The notes: generated from the sequence alone by a model not told the origin. 64,000 bases of DNA from a virus (IMGVR_UViG_3300046171_000185:2998-66997), one strand, 5' to 3'; shown: positions 45,284 to 55,207, counted from the stretch's first letter. Made by a program: numbers and translations.

Positions 45284-46759
45284 GTGATTGACACTAGTGT
45301 AAATCTTGTTATATCAAAATCTAACGAAGTATTTTTAAAAATTAATACTGAACCTCATATTGAATATGAACTTAGAGACCACTTTAAGTTTGAGGTTCCG
45401 AATGCAAAATTTATGCCGCAATATCGTGGTAAGAATTGGAATGGAGAGATTCACCTATACGATATGCGGTCTAAGCAGATCTATGTTGGTCTTTTAGATA
45501 AGATCGTTAATTTCTGCGAGCAATATGGATATAGTTATAAATTTGAGGATAATAAGTTCTATGGAACTCCTTATGAGGAGAATGACGGTATCTCAATGGA
45601 GGGTGTCAAAGATTACATGCACTCCATTTGTTCTCATACTCCTAGGAAGTACCAAGTTGAGGGAGTATACGGAGCTTTAAAGCACAATAGAAAGCTATTG
45701 ATAAGCCCCACTGCTTCTGGCAAATCATTGATGATTTATTCTCTAGTGAGATATTATGTAGACCGAGGAGAAAAAATCCTTTTAGTTGTTCCAACGACAT
45801 CTCTTGTAGAGCAGATGTACAAGGATTTTCTTGATTATGGTTGGGATGCTGATTCATATTGTCACCGTATCTATTCGGGCAGAGAAAAAAGTAATGATGC
45901 TCCAGTGACAATTACAACCTGGCAGTCTGTATATAAACTAGAACGGTCTTTCTTTGAAGACTATGGTTGTATTATAGGCGATGAAGCACATTTATTCAAG
46001 TCTAAATCTTTAATACAGATTATGACTAAACTTCATCATGCTAAGTATAGATTTGGTTTCACTGGAACTTTAGACGGCACACAGACGCACAAGTGGGTCT
46101 TAGAGGGGTTGTTTGGTCCGTCATATAAAGTCACAAGAACTGATGAGTTAATGAAGCAAGGACACTTATCCCAACTTGATATTCAGTGTCTTGTACTTAA
46201 ACATCCTCCACAAACATTTGATGTGTATGAGGATGAGATACAGTATTTAATAGGGCACGAACAACGCAATAATTTTATTAAGAATCTAGCACTTGATCTT
46301 AAAGGAAATACACTTGTTCTTTTCCAAAGAGTCGAAAGTCATGGAGCAGTACTCTATGAGAAGATAAATAACAACAAGGGTGATAACCGTAAAGTATTTT
46401 TTGTACACGGTGGAGTTGGTGCTGAAGAACGAGAATTAGTAAGAGAGATAACTGAGCGAGAAAACAACGCTATTATTGTTGCTTCTTATGGAACTTTTAG
46501 TACTGGTATCAACATTAAAAAACTCCATAATGTTATCTTTGCCTCTCCAAGTAAATCAAGAGTCCGTAATCTTCAAAGTATTGGACGAGTTCTTAGAAAA
46601 GGAAAGGGCAAAGTGAAGGCAACTCTATATGATATTTCAGATGATTGCTCAACAAAATCCAGAAGAAATTACACGCTAAACCACTTTATAGAAAGAATTA
46701 AAATCTATAACGAAGAAAAATTTAATTATGATATAATCTCTATTCAATTAAAGATATGA
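45284..46759 (+). CDS. uvsW: SF2 RNA-DNA/DNA helicase UvsW
   Basis: SPTASGKS, GDEAH, FGFTGTL and QSIGRVLR. Confidence 0.95.
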   Translation: MIDTSVNLVISKSNEVFLKINTEPHIEYELRDHFKFEVPNAKFMPQYRGKNWNGEIHLYDMRSKQIYVGLLDKIVNFCEQYGYSYKFEDNKFYGTPYEENDGISMEGVKDYMHSICSHTPRKYQVEGVYGALKHNRKLLISPTASGKSLMIYSLVRYYVDRGEKILLVVPTTSLVEQMYKDFLDYGWDADSYCHRIYSGREKSNDAPVTITTWQSVYKLERSFFEDYGCIIGDEAHLFKSKSLIQIMTKLHHAKYRFGFTGTLDGTQTHKWVLEGLFGPSYKVTRTDELMKQGHLSQLDIQCLVLKHPPQTFDVYEDEIQYLIGHEQRNNFIKNLALDLKGNTLVLFQRVESHGAVLYEKINNNKGDNRKVFFVHGGVGAEERELVREITERENNAIIVASYGTFSTGINIKKLHNVIFASPSKSRVRNLQSIGRVLRKGKGKVKATLYDISDDCSTKSRRNYTLNHFIERIKIYNEEKFNYDIISIQLKI

Positions 46760-47160
46760 TAGAAGACGATTTTTATGCAACGTTAAAATTTAAATCTGGT
46801 GAAGAGATATTTGCCAAAGTAGCTGCTTCTGAAGAAGATAGTAGAACTATGTTAATAATATCTCACCCAATTATAGTTAAAGAATTAAAAAGTAGATCTG
46901 GAATCGTTGGTTATAAGATCGAACCTTGGTTAAAAACAACTAGTGATGACATGTTTATTGTCAATCTGAGTGATATACTTACATTGTCCGAATCATCCGA
47001 TATCGAGATGATTATGATGTATCAAGATTACTTAAGATCTTCTGATAAAGAAAGTCAAAATCAAGCAAGTCTGAATCGTAAAATGGGATACCTTGGTACA
47101 GTCAATGACACTAAAGAACTTTTAGAAAAAATATTTAAAATCAGTTCTGAAGAACTATAG
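46756..47160 (+). CDS. Conserved hypothetical protein, Sm-like beta-barrel family
   Basis: ATLKFKSGEEIFAKV...HPIIV...IEPWL; the motif is shared with three other ORFs in this window. Confidence 0.65.
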   Translation: MIEDDFYATLKFKSGEEIFAKVAASEEDSRTMLIISHPIIVKELKSRSGIVGYKIEPWLKTTSDDMFIVNLSDILTLSESSDIEMIMMYQDYLRSSDKESQNQASLNRKMGYLGTVNDTKELLEKIFKISSEEL

Positions 47161-47191
47161 CTATAGCCTCCTTATCAACCCTAACAGAGTT

Positions 47192-47220
47192 ATTCTACAG
47201 AGTATTTCATACCTTGTCAA
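47192..47220 (-). promoter_or_regulatory. Sigma70-type promoter on the minus strand (TTGACA-17-TAGAAT)
   Basis: The reverse complement of 47215-47220 is TTGACA and of 47192-47197 is TAGAAT, with a 17-nt spacer. Confidence 0.65.
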
Positions 47221-47228
47221 GTGTCACC

Positions 47229-47257
47229 TTGTCACCTGATGTTAAACATGATATAAT
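47229..47257 (+). promoter_or_regulatory. Sigma70-type promoter for the gp55 operon (TTGTCA-17-TATAAT)
   Basis: TTGTCA at 47229-47234 and TATAAT at 47252-47257. Confidence 0.75.
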
Positions 47258-47281
47258 TCATACATATTATGAGATAAACTT

Positions 47282-47774
47282 ATGATAAGACCTATGGCTA
47301 AAAGAAAGAGGTCAGAACACTATGTAAATAACAAAGAGTTTCTGGCAGCACTTATCAAGTATCGTGAAGATAAAGAAATTGCATTGATGAAAGATCTTCC
47401 CAAACCTCCCATTCCACGCTACATTGGGGAGTGTTTCTTGAAGATCGCAAATCACTTGTCCTTCAAGCCAAACTTTGTGAACTACATGTTTAAGGAGGAT
47501 ATGATCTCTGATGGAATCGAAAATTGCGTTCAGTACATACATAATTTTAATCCTGAGAAATCCCAGAATCCTTTTGCTTACTTTCACGCAGATCATTCAT
47601 TATGCGTTTCTCCGCAGGATCCAAAGAGAGAAGCGTCAACTAGAAATCAAGAACAAGATCATTGAACGATCTGGTTACAGTGAGGTGTTTGACGACAACA
47701 ACACCCTTGACGGATCGAACTACTCCGACTACAATCAAATCAAAGACAACGTGCATTCCAAGCTCCGCAGTTAA
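47282..47774 (+). CDS. gp55: Late-transcription sigma factor gp55 (frameshift near 47583)
   Basis: HYVNNKEFL, YIGECFLKIANHLSFKPNFVNY, MISDGIENC and NPFAY-FTQIIHYAFLRRIQREKRQ. Confidence 0.93.
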
Positions 47775-48815
47775 TGAAAGTTGCAATCATCACCGATCAG
47801 CACTTTGGTGCTAGAAAGAACTCCAAGTTATTTCATGATTATTTTCTAAAGTTCTATAATGATATTTTCTTTCCTTATCTAGAGGAAAATGGTATTACTA
47901 CCGTTGTAGATATGGGAGATACCTTTGATAGTCGTAAAGGTATTGATTTTTCCTCCCTTGCTTGGGCAAAGAACAATTACTATGACCGTCTTAAGGGTAT
48001 GGGAATTCACGTTCACACGATTGTGGGAAATCATACAGCATACTACAAGAATACTAATGATGTAAATGCTGTTGATTTACTGCTTCGTGAATATGATAAC
48101 GTGACGGTTTATTCTGAGGCAACTAAAGCTAAATTGGATAAACTAAACGTATTGTTCATTCCGTGGATTAACAAAGAAAATGAGGAAAGCAGTTTTAAAC
48201 TTATTAAAAGTTCAGTTTGCAAAGGTCGCGCTGGGGCACCTTGAGCTCAGCGGATTTAGAGCTCATCGAGGCTGCATCATGGAAAATGGTCATGCAAGCG
48301 AGTTATATTCAAAGTTCACCAAGGTCTTCAGCGGTCACTACCACACTCGATCGGATGATGGACGGATCTATTACTTGGGAAATCCATACGAAATGTTCTG
48401 GAACGATGTCGGTGATCGGAGAGGATTCACCATCTTTGATACAGAAACTCTTGAACATTTTCATGTAGACAATCCATACAGATTGTTTTATAATGTGTAC
48501 TATGAGGATACTCCTCATCAACTGTTTGATGCTACCGAGTATGCAAATAAAATTGTCAAGGTAATTGTCCGTCAAAAGACAAGCACCAAAGACTTTGAAA
48601 AATTTATTGATAAACTTTATGAAGTTGGAGTTGCTGATCTTAAAATTGTAGAAAATTTTGTTCTTCAAGATCCTGAAGAATTTGAAGTCTTTGAATCGGA
48701 AGATACTCTTTCTATCCTTGATAGGTACATTCAAGAAGCAGAAATTAATCTAGATAAACCTAAATTGCAAAATATTATGCGAATGACCTATCAAGAAGCG
48801 TGTGAATTGATTTGA
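47774..48815 (+). CDS. gp47: Recombination endonuclease gp47 (Mre11/SbcD-like; frameshift near 48222)
   Basis: ITDQHFG, MGDTFDSRK, VGNH, GHLE, SGHYH and YLGNPY. Confidence 0.93.
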
Positions 48816-48816
48816 G

Positions 48817-49092
48817 ATGTATATTCTAACAATTTATGGCAAAGAAACTGACGGCGCATATTCTGTAACAGATCCTTCCGATGGAGAACAGATACTTTAT
48901 CTTTTTGAAGCAGAAGATGATGCAATGAGATTTGCTATGATGTTAGAAGAAGATGGTAGTCCAACTATGCATGTTATAGAAATAGAAGATGATATAATGA
49001 TAAAAACATGTGAACTTCATGACTATAGTTACACTATAATCACACCCAACGACATTGTAATTCCACCTAAGACAAATCATGATTTTATTTGA
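48817..49092 (+). CDS. Conserved hypothetical protein between gp47 and gp46
   Basis: 91-aa ORF (GAYSV...LYLFEAEDDAMRFA) coupled to both neighbours. Confidence 0.75.
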   Translation: MYILTIYGKETDGAYSVTDPSDGEQILYLFEAEDDAMRFAMMLEEDGSPTMHVIEIEDDIMIKTCELHDYSYTIITPNDIVIPPKTNHDFI

Positions 49093-50798
49093 AAAAATTC
49101 GTTGGAAGAACTTTCTTAGTACAGGCAATCAATTCACAGAAGTAGATTTTTTAAAACACTCCACCAATCTTATTATTGGTACAAATGGTGCTGGTAAATC
49201 TACTATTCTTGATGCTTTAACATTTTCCCTTTTTGGAAAATCTTTTCGTAAGATTAATAAACCTCAACTCATCAATTCTGTAAATGATAAGGACTGTGTG
49301 GTTGAGGTTGAATTTTCTATTGGTGGTGTGAGTTGGAAGATTGAACGTGGAATTAAACCTGCTATATTTAAAGTTTGGAGAGATGATAATCTTTTAGATC
49401 AAGCAGCAGCTGCAGCAGATCAACAAAAATGGTTAGAGCAGAATGTTCTTAAAATGAACTACAAGTCTTTTACTCAGATTGTAATTTTGGGTAGTAGTAC
49501 TTTTGTCCCTTTTCATGCAATTAACTTCTACTAATAGAAGAGATGTTATTGAAGACTTATTGGATATTCGTATTTTTTCTTCTATGAATAGTGTGATTAA
49601 AGATAAGATTCGACTAGCCAGAGAAGATATAAAAGTTTTGGAATTGAAGAAAGAATCACTTAGCGATAAAGTTAGGATGCAAGAAAACTTTATTGATGAA
49701 CTTGAGAGTCGTGGAAAAGAAAATATAAAAGACAAGGAAGATCGTATCGGCAATCTTCTTAATGAAGAGAATGAACACATGGGATCTAATGAAGAGTTGG
49801 AAAGATCCCTTATAGATGTTAATGGCAAACTTGAAAAAGTTTTCTGGTGCAACTAGTAAACTTCGTAAACTTGGTGATCTTAAAGGTAAGATTTCTAATA
49901 AAGGTAGCAACTATTACCAAGGAACATAAATTTTTCACAGGAGAATACGGTTTGTCCTACATGTGATCAGGATATTGAAGAGGACCTTCAGAATAAATAG
50001 ATTAACGACGCTCAAAATAAAGCAAAAGAGTTGCAATCTGGTTATAAAGAACTAGAGGAAGGCAATTAAAGAGGAAGGAAGAGCGAGAGCGTCAATTCAC
50101 AATTCTATCTAAGGAGATTACTTCACTAACGCATGGCATTTCTCAAAACAATACTAAGATCGCTGGATGTCAAAGACAAGTCAGAGATCTGGAATCGGAA
50201 ATTCAAAGAATTACCGACAACCTTGCAAACAGAAATACTGAGCATGAAAAGTTAGCAACCTTCAAAGATAATCTAAAAACTACATACGACGAACTAGCTC
50301 AACGTAAAGAAACGATTAACTATTACGATTTCTCGTATAGTTTACTAAAGGACGGTGGAGTCAAAACTAAAATCATCAAGAAGTATCTACCGCTGATAAA
50401 TCAGCAAGTCAATAAGTATCTACAACTTATGGACTTTTATATTAACTTCTCACTTGATGAGGAATTTAGTGAAACCGTCCAGTCCCCAATTCATGAAGAT
50501 TTTTCTTATGCTTCTTTCAGCGAGGGAGAGAAGATGAGAATCGACTTAGCACTCTTGTTTACTTGGAGAGAAGTGGCAAGAATGAAAAATTCTGTCAATA
50601 CTAATCTATTGATTATGGATGAAGTATTTGATAGTTCTCTAGATGGATTTGGTACAGAAGAATTTCTTAAAGATTATTAAATTTGTAATTAAAGATGCAA
50701 ATATTTTTGTTATCTCACATAAAGAATCATTGCATGATAAGTTTGATAGTGTTACGAAATTTGATAAGATAAAGGGGTTTAGTAGAATAGTTGGTTAA
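49079..50798 (+). CDS. gp46: Recombination ATPase gp46 (Rad50/SbcC-like; many frameshifts)
   Basis: WKNFLSTGN, Walker A GTNGAGKS, CPTC zinc hook near 49955, FSEGEKMRIDLAL, LIMDEVFDSSLD and VISH. Confidence 0.92.
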
Positions 50799-50936
50799 GA
50801 ACTATTGCGTGACATCATGAAAAGGTTAAGTATAACAAGAACTTCATTAAGTTAGCATACGCTGACTAAATAATAACAGAATTGGAGAAATGGATGTAGT
50901 AAACTCCCTTTATTATTTTTTCATGAGGAGGACATC

Positions 50937-51122
50937 ATGCACAATCTAGTATCATTTAATCAATTAGCAGACTGGACTAGGAGTCTTAAAAGACTTAGTA
51001 AAACTCTGGACACTACAATGGAGGAGAGCGATCAAATCAACGATTACTACGAATGTTTAATCGATTGTAGCGATAACCAGGCAACGTGTAAACGAATTTG
51101 CAGACCAATTTTAACAACCTGA
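50937..51122 (+). CDS. Small protein with a C-x3-C-x6-C-x3-C helical hairpin
   Basis: Strong GAGGAGG Shine-Dalgarno; YYECLIDCSDNQATCKRIC. Confidence 0.75.
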   Translation: MHNLVSFNQLADWTRSLKRLSKTLDTTMEESDQINDYYECLIDCSDNQATCKRICRPILTT

Positions 51123-51142
51123 CCGAGACCAACCAATTGGAG

Positions 51143-51188
51143 AACTGTCACCTAATACCCCTGCCGCAAGGTGGGGGTTTGGTATTAT
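51143..51188 (+). promoter_or_regulatory. Composite element: AACTGTCAC box, GNRA hairpin and extended -10 (TGgTATTAT)
   Basis: Hairpin ACCCCTGCC-GCAA-GGTGGGGGT at 51157-51178; TATTAT at 51183-51188; ATG at 51210. Confidence 0.55.
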
Positions 51189-51209
51189 AGGTACATACGA
51201 GACAAACCT

Positions 51210-53357
51210 ATGGCAATCAAACAGGAAATCAAATCTCAACTTGCCAAACTCCTTGCCACTGAAGACCTGGTGGTAGAGCATAAACAGACAGAGACTGCTT
51301 GCTTTAACGTCCATACCCGCGTTCTAACGCTTCCAATGTGGGAAAGGGCAAGCAACACCGTATATGACCTTCTGGTTGGACATGAGGTGGGTCATGCATT
51401 GTTTACCCCAGATGAGAATTGGTTGGAGAAGGTAGCAGTTCCTCCACAATTTGTAAATGTAGTTGAGGATGCACGCATTGAAAAGTTGATGAAGCGTAAA
51501 TATGCTGGCATTTCAAAAACGTTTTTTAAAGGGTATCAAGAACTAAATGACGAAGACTTCTTCTCTATTTCTGACGAGTCTATTTCTGATCTTAATCTTG
51601 CTGATCGTGCAAATCTATACTTTAAGGTCGGTAATTTTGTAGATATTTCTTTTGACTCCGAAGAAAAGATTCTTATTCAGAAGATTGCAAAAGTAGAGAC
51701 CTTTGATGAGGTATTGAAGATTGCTGAAGAACTGTATCTGTTCTGTAAAAAGGAGAAAGAAGAAAAGGTTGATGATATGCCCCCTCCTCCTGAAGTAGGT
51801 CAGGGTGGAGAATCTCAAACTCCATCTTCCCAGACTAGTTCTGGTGAGAGCGAAGGTGATTCTGATGGTGGGTCTGGTGAATCTATGACTCATGAGGAGA
51901 TGCTTGAGGAAGCACAACGCCGTGAGTCTGCTGATGCTCCTCTGAATGATGAACCTGAAGTTCAGACTGCCGATTCTTTGGAATCAAATCTGCAGGACCT
52001 TGTGGATTCAAATTCAGCAGAGAATGTATATGTTGAAATTCCTCAAGTAGATCTGAAGAAAATCATTGCGGACAACTCTGAGATTCACGAAGATATTGAT
52101 TCTTTCTTCTCTATTCAACAAAAGAGTGTCCCGTCTGTTGATATCTATGAACGTGTAGACACGCGGTTTGTTGAGTTCAAACGATCTGCTCAGAAAGAAG
52201 TCAATTACCTGGTAAAAGAGTTTGAGTGCCGTAAGGCAGCAGACTCCTATGCTCGCGCTACAACCGCCCGTACAGGCGTCCTGGACACTTCTAAACTGCA
52301 TACCTACAAGTACAATGAAGACTTGTTCAAGAAGGTTTCTGTGATCCCTGATGGCAAGAATCATGGTCTGATCTTTGTCCTTGACTGGAGTGGTTCTATG
52401 AGCCGTGTGATGCTGGATACGATCAAACAACTCTACAATCTAATCTGGTTCTGTAAGAAAGTTTCCATTCCCTTTGAGGTTTATGCTTTCACTAATGAGT
52501 GGAATCGTCCTAAGATTGACTATGAAACTCAAGAAGTAACTAAACCAATGGATTTCTCTCTTGCATATGAAGCGAAAGAAAATTTGCTTTCTGTTAGTCA
52601 TGAGTTTGTAATGATGAATATTCTTACCAGTCGTATTAATGGTAAGCAACTGGAGAATCAGATGATCAATATCTGGCGTGTTGCTAACTACTTCTCTGAT
52701 CAATATATGGTTGGATATGGTATTCCTCCTCGTATGAGTTTGTCGGGTACTCCTCTGAACGAGGCATTTGTTACTCTTCATCAGATTCTTCCGAAGTTTC
52801 AACGTGAGAACAAACTGCAAAAAGTTCAGTGTATTGTTCTGACTGATGGTGAAGCAAATCATCTCGCCCGCCACGTTGTAGTGAAAAGAGCCTGGGAGAA
52901 CGAACCTTATATGGGTAAGCGTCAACTGACTGGTGGTAATACTTTTCTTCGAGATCGTAAGACTGGTAATACTTATAAGGTTCCTTATGGTTGGCATGGT
53001 TTCTCTGATCTAATGCTTCAAAATCTTCGTGATAATTTTCCTATGGTTAACTTTGTTGGTATCCGTGTTCTTGAGAGTCGCGATGCAAATCACTTTATGA
53101 AATTGTATTACGATCAGAACTCTAATGAGTTTCGTAAGATTCAAAGTGAGTGGAAGAAGCAGCGCAGTTGTACTATCAAGACTTCTGGTTATCATGCATA
53201 CTTTGCTATGTCTGCTGCTTCTCTATCACAAGATGCAGACTTCTCTGTTGATGAAGGTGCAACAAAAGCAAAGATTAAGTCTGCTTTCATTAAGTCTCTT
53301 AAGACTAAGAAACTAAATAAGAAAGTTCTAGGCGAATTTATCTCTCTGGTAGCATGA
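51210..53357 (+). CDS. Metallopeptidase-like + vWA (CobT-like) protein
   Basis: HEVGH zinc motif, NVVEDARIE, an acidic linker, and the MIDAS motif DWSGSM...GTPL...LTDGE. Confidence 0.85.
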   Translation: MAIKQEIKSQLAKLLATEDLVVEHKQTETACFNVHTRVLTLPMWERASNTVYDLLVGHEVGHALFTPDENWLEKVAVPPQFVNVVEDARIEKLMKRKYAGISKTFFKGYQELNDEDFFSISDESISDLNLADRANLYFKVGNFVDISFDSEEKILIQKIAKVETFDEVLKIAEELYLFCKKEKEEKVDDMPPPPEVGQGGESQTPSSQTSSGESEGDSDGGSGESMTHEEMLEEAQRRESADAPLNDEPEVQTADSLESNLQDLVDSNSAENVYVEIPQVDLKKIIADNSEIHEDIDSFFSIQQKSVPSVDIYERVDTRFVEFKRSAQKEVNYLVKEFECRKAADSYARATTARTGVLDTSKLHTYKYNEDLFKKVSVIPDGKNHGLIFVLDWSGSMSRVMLDTIKQLYNLIWFCKKVSIPFEVYAFTNEWNRPKIDYETQEVTKPMDFSLAYEAKENLLSVSHEFVMMNILTSRINGKQLENQMINIWRVANYFSDQYMVGYGIPPRMSLSGTPLNEAFVTLHQILPKFQRENKLQKVQCIVLTDGEANHLARHVVVKRAWENEPYMGKRQLTGGNTFLRDRKTGNTYKVPYGWHGFSDLMLQNLRDNFPMVNFVGIRVLESRDANHFMKLYYDQNSNEFRKIQSEWKKQRSCTIKTSGYHAYFAMSAASLSQDADFSVDEGATKAKIKSAFIKSLKTKKLNKKVLGEFISLVA

Positions 53358-53500
53358 CAAAAGAAAACTGGAAAGAAATTGCCAAAGCATCAGAAAAAGA
53401 CCCTAAAGTAATTAAAATCCTTGAAGAGGGTCCTAGGTCGCTTGGTCAGGCATATCTACTTTCGGCCATGCGATATAAGTATGGACGATCTGACAAGTGA
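53354..53500 (+). CDS. Small hypothetical protein (48 aa)
   Basis: ATGA overlap with the upstream stop; MTKENWKEIAKASEKDPKVIKILEEGPRSLGQAYLLSAMRYKYGRSDK*. Confidence 0.6.
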   Translation: MTKENWKEIAKASEKDPKVIKILEEGPRSLGQAYLLSAMRYKYGRSDK

Positions 53501-53539
53501 CACACGGGGGGTTTGAGACCCCCCTTTTTCGTCTATAAT
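53495..53539 (+). promoter_or_regulatory. Composite element: AAGTGACAC box, terminator-like hairpin and TATAAT
   Basis: GGGGGGT-ttgag-ACCCCCC-TTTTT, then TATAAT at 53534-53539 ahead of ATG 53561. Confidence 0.6.
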
Positions 53540-53560
53540 AACTTCAGTTAAACAAAACAA

Positions 53561-54637
53561 ATGGGTCTGTCCAAAGAAAGCATCATTGAATGTCTCCGCG
53601 AGTCCTACGGCGAGTCTGTGACTTCTGCTGAGATTAAGGCATACTGTCAGATGAATGACTTCAACTACCAGACTATCACCAATAAACTGACTGACTATAA
53701 AGTTGGCCGCGGCAAGTGGAATCTGGAAGTAACAAAGGAGACTGTGGAAGAACTTGAAGTAACTTATAATGGACCTGCAGCACTGCCTGCAGTAGAGCAA
53801 AACCTTATCCCCACGAAAGATGATACCTTCGTCAGCTTTGGTAATTTCACAGATATTAAAAAAATTATTAAGTCCGGTCTCTTCTACCCTACGTTTATCA
53901 CGGGTCTCTCGGGCAATGGCAAAACGTTTTCTGTCGAACAAGCATGTGCCCAACTCGGTCGTGAACTCATCCGAGTCAACATTACGGTAGAGACTGATGA
54001 AGATGATCTTATTGGCGGTTTCCGTCTTGTTGGTGGAGAAACCGTTTGGCACAACGGACCAGTTATCGAAGCCCTGCAGCGGGGTGCTGTGCTGCTCCTT
54101 GACGAGATCGACCTCGCCTCAAACAAAATCCTCTGTCTTCAGTCTATTCTCGAAGGAAAAGGAGTTTTCCTCAAGAAGATTGGCAAATGGGTTGCGCCCA
54201 CAGAAGGTTTCCAAGTATTCGCCACTGCCAACACCAAAGGCAAAGGTAGCGACGACGGACGATTCATCGGAACTAACGTGCTCAACGAAGCATTCCTTGA
54301 GCGATTCCCTGTAACCTTTGAGCAGGAGTATCCTTCTACTGCCACCGAACAGAAGATCCTTGGTAAGATCTGTAAGGATGAAGAGTTCTGCAAGCGACTT
54401 GCTGATTGGGCTGACATCATCCGTAAGACCTTCTATGATGGTGGTATCGAAGAGATCATCTCTACCCGCCGTCTGGTTCACATTGTGAAGGCATACAGCA
54501 TCTTCAGTGATAAGGCAAAGGCAATTCAGGTTTGTGTAAATCGTTTCGATGATGAAACCAAGCAAGCATTCCTGGAACTGTACGACAAAGTTGATGCAGA
54601 TTTCCAGATGCCAATTGACGCAGAGGTACAATCCTGA
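53561..54637 (+). CDS. cobS: CobS-like / MoxR-type AAA+ ATPase
   Basis: Walker A GLSGNGKT, Walker B LLLDEID, ATANTKGKG, NEAFLERF and ISTRRL; adjacent to the vWA gene. Confidence 0.85.
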   Translation: MGLSKESIIECLRESYGESVTSAEIKAYCQMNDFNYQTITNKLTDYKVGRGKWNLEVTKETVEELEVTYNGPAALPAVEQNLIPTKDDTFVSFGNFTDIKKIIKSGLFYPTFITGLSGNGKTFSVEQACAQLGRELIRVNITVETDEDDLIGGFRLVGGETVWHNGPVIEALQRGAVLLLDEIDLASNKILCLQSILEGKGVFLKKIGKWVAPTEGFQVFATANTKGKGSDDGRFIGTNVLNEAFLERFPVTFEQEYPSTATEQKILGKICKDEEFCKRLADWADIIRKTFYDGGIEEIISTRRLVHIVKAYSIFSDKAKAIQVCVNRFDDETKQAFLELYDKVDADFQMPIDAEVQS

Positions 54638-54643
54638 TATAAT
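54615..54643 (+). promoter_or_regulatory. Sigma70-type promoter (TTGACG-17-TATAAT)
   Basis: Near-consensus with an exact 17-nt spacer, upstream of the gp45-gp44 cluster. Confidence 0.7.
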
Positions 54644-55207
54644 ATGACTAACTCATGGTCCTTTCTATCCGACGAATTAAATATGTCTAATCAAGATTAT
54701 TGGGAAGGTGATGGACTCAGCATTGTGGGTAATCCAGGTGCTGCATCTCCAGATACTATTGTTTTCAGTAGTTCTCATCTTCCAGGTGGTATGGGTAATG
54801 ATCATATCACTTTTACTGGTAACGGAATCAAAGCAGCCGAAACTGTGCCAATTGATTACTTTGGATCGGGAGATAATATCTCTTTTGATCTACCCACTCC
54901 CTCCAAACCCCAAACTAACAGTAAACAGAAGTACAGTGAAGATGTAATCATTAAAGAACTGAAAGATTACATCACTAGAACATATGATCAGCACTATTCT
55001 GCTGGTGATGATAAGATTCAAACTCTTGATCTTATCGAAGCTTGTGGTGATGGTGAGGCATTCTGTCGCAGCAACATCCTCAAGTATGCGTCACGATACG
55101 ATAAGAAGGGCACTGCCCGTCGTGACATTATGAAGATTCTGCACTATGCTGTCCTTCTAATGCATTTCAATGATAAAAATGCAAACCGCGAAACCTATCC
55201 TCAGTGA
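54644..55207 (+). CDS. DUF3310-like (T7 gp1.7-like putative nucleotide kinase) domain protein with a disordered N-terminus
   Basis: QHYS...IQTLDLI...FCRSNILKYASRYDKKG...DIMKILHY. Confidence 0.7.
   Translation: MTNSWSFLSDELNMSNQDYWEGDGLSIVGNPGAASPDTIVFSSSHLPGGMGNDHITFTGNGIKAAETVPIDYFGSGDNISFDLPTPSKPQTNSKQKYSEDVIIKELKDYITRTYDQHYSAGDDKIQTLDLIEACGDGEAFCRSNILKYASRYDKKGTARRDIMKILHYAVLLMHFNDKNANRETYPQ

Noticed and set aside
50790-50866. Pho box or NtcA site upstream of the 50937 gene
   Set aside because: The TTAA half-sites are not in a clean 11-bp tandem register, and the palindrome does not match GTA-N8-TAC.
50937-51122. CP12 assignment for the four-Cys small protein
   Set aside because: It lacks the AWD.VEEL core and the C-x8-C C-terminal loop of CP12.
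53561-54637. cobS as evidence for phage cobalamin biosynthesis
   Set aside because: The sequence supports only an AAA+/vWA pair; no other pathway genes occur in the window.
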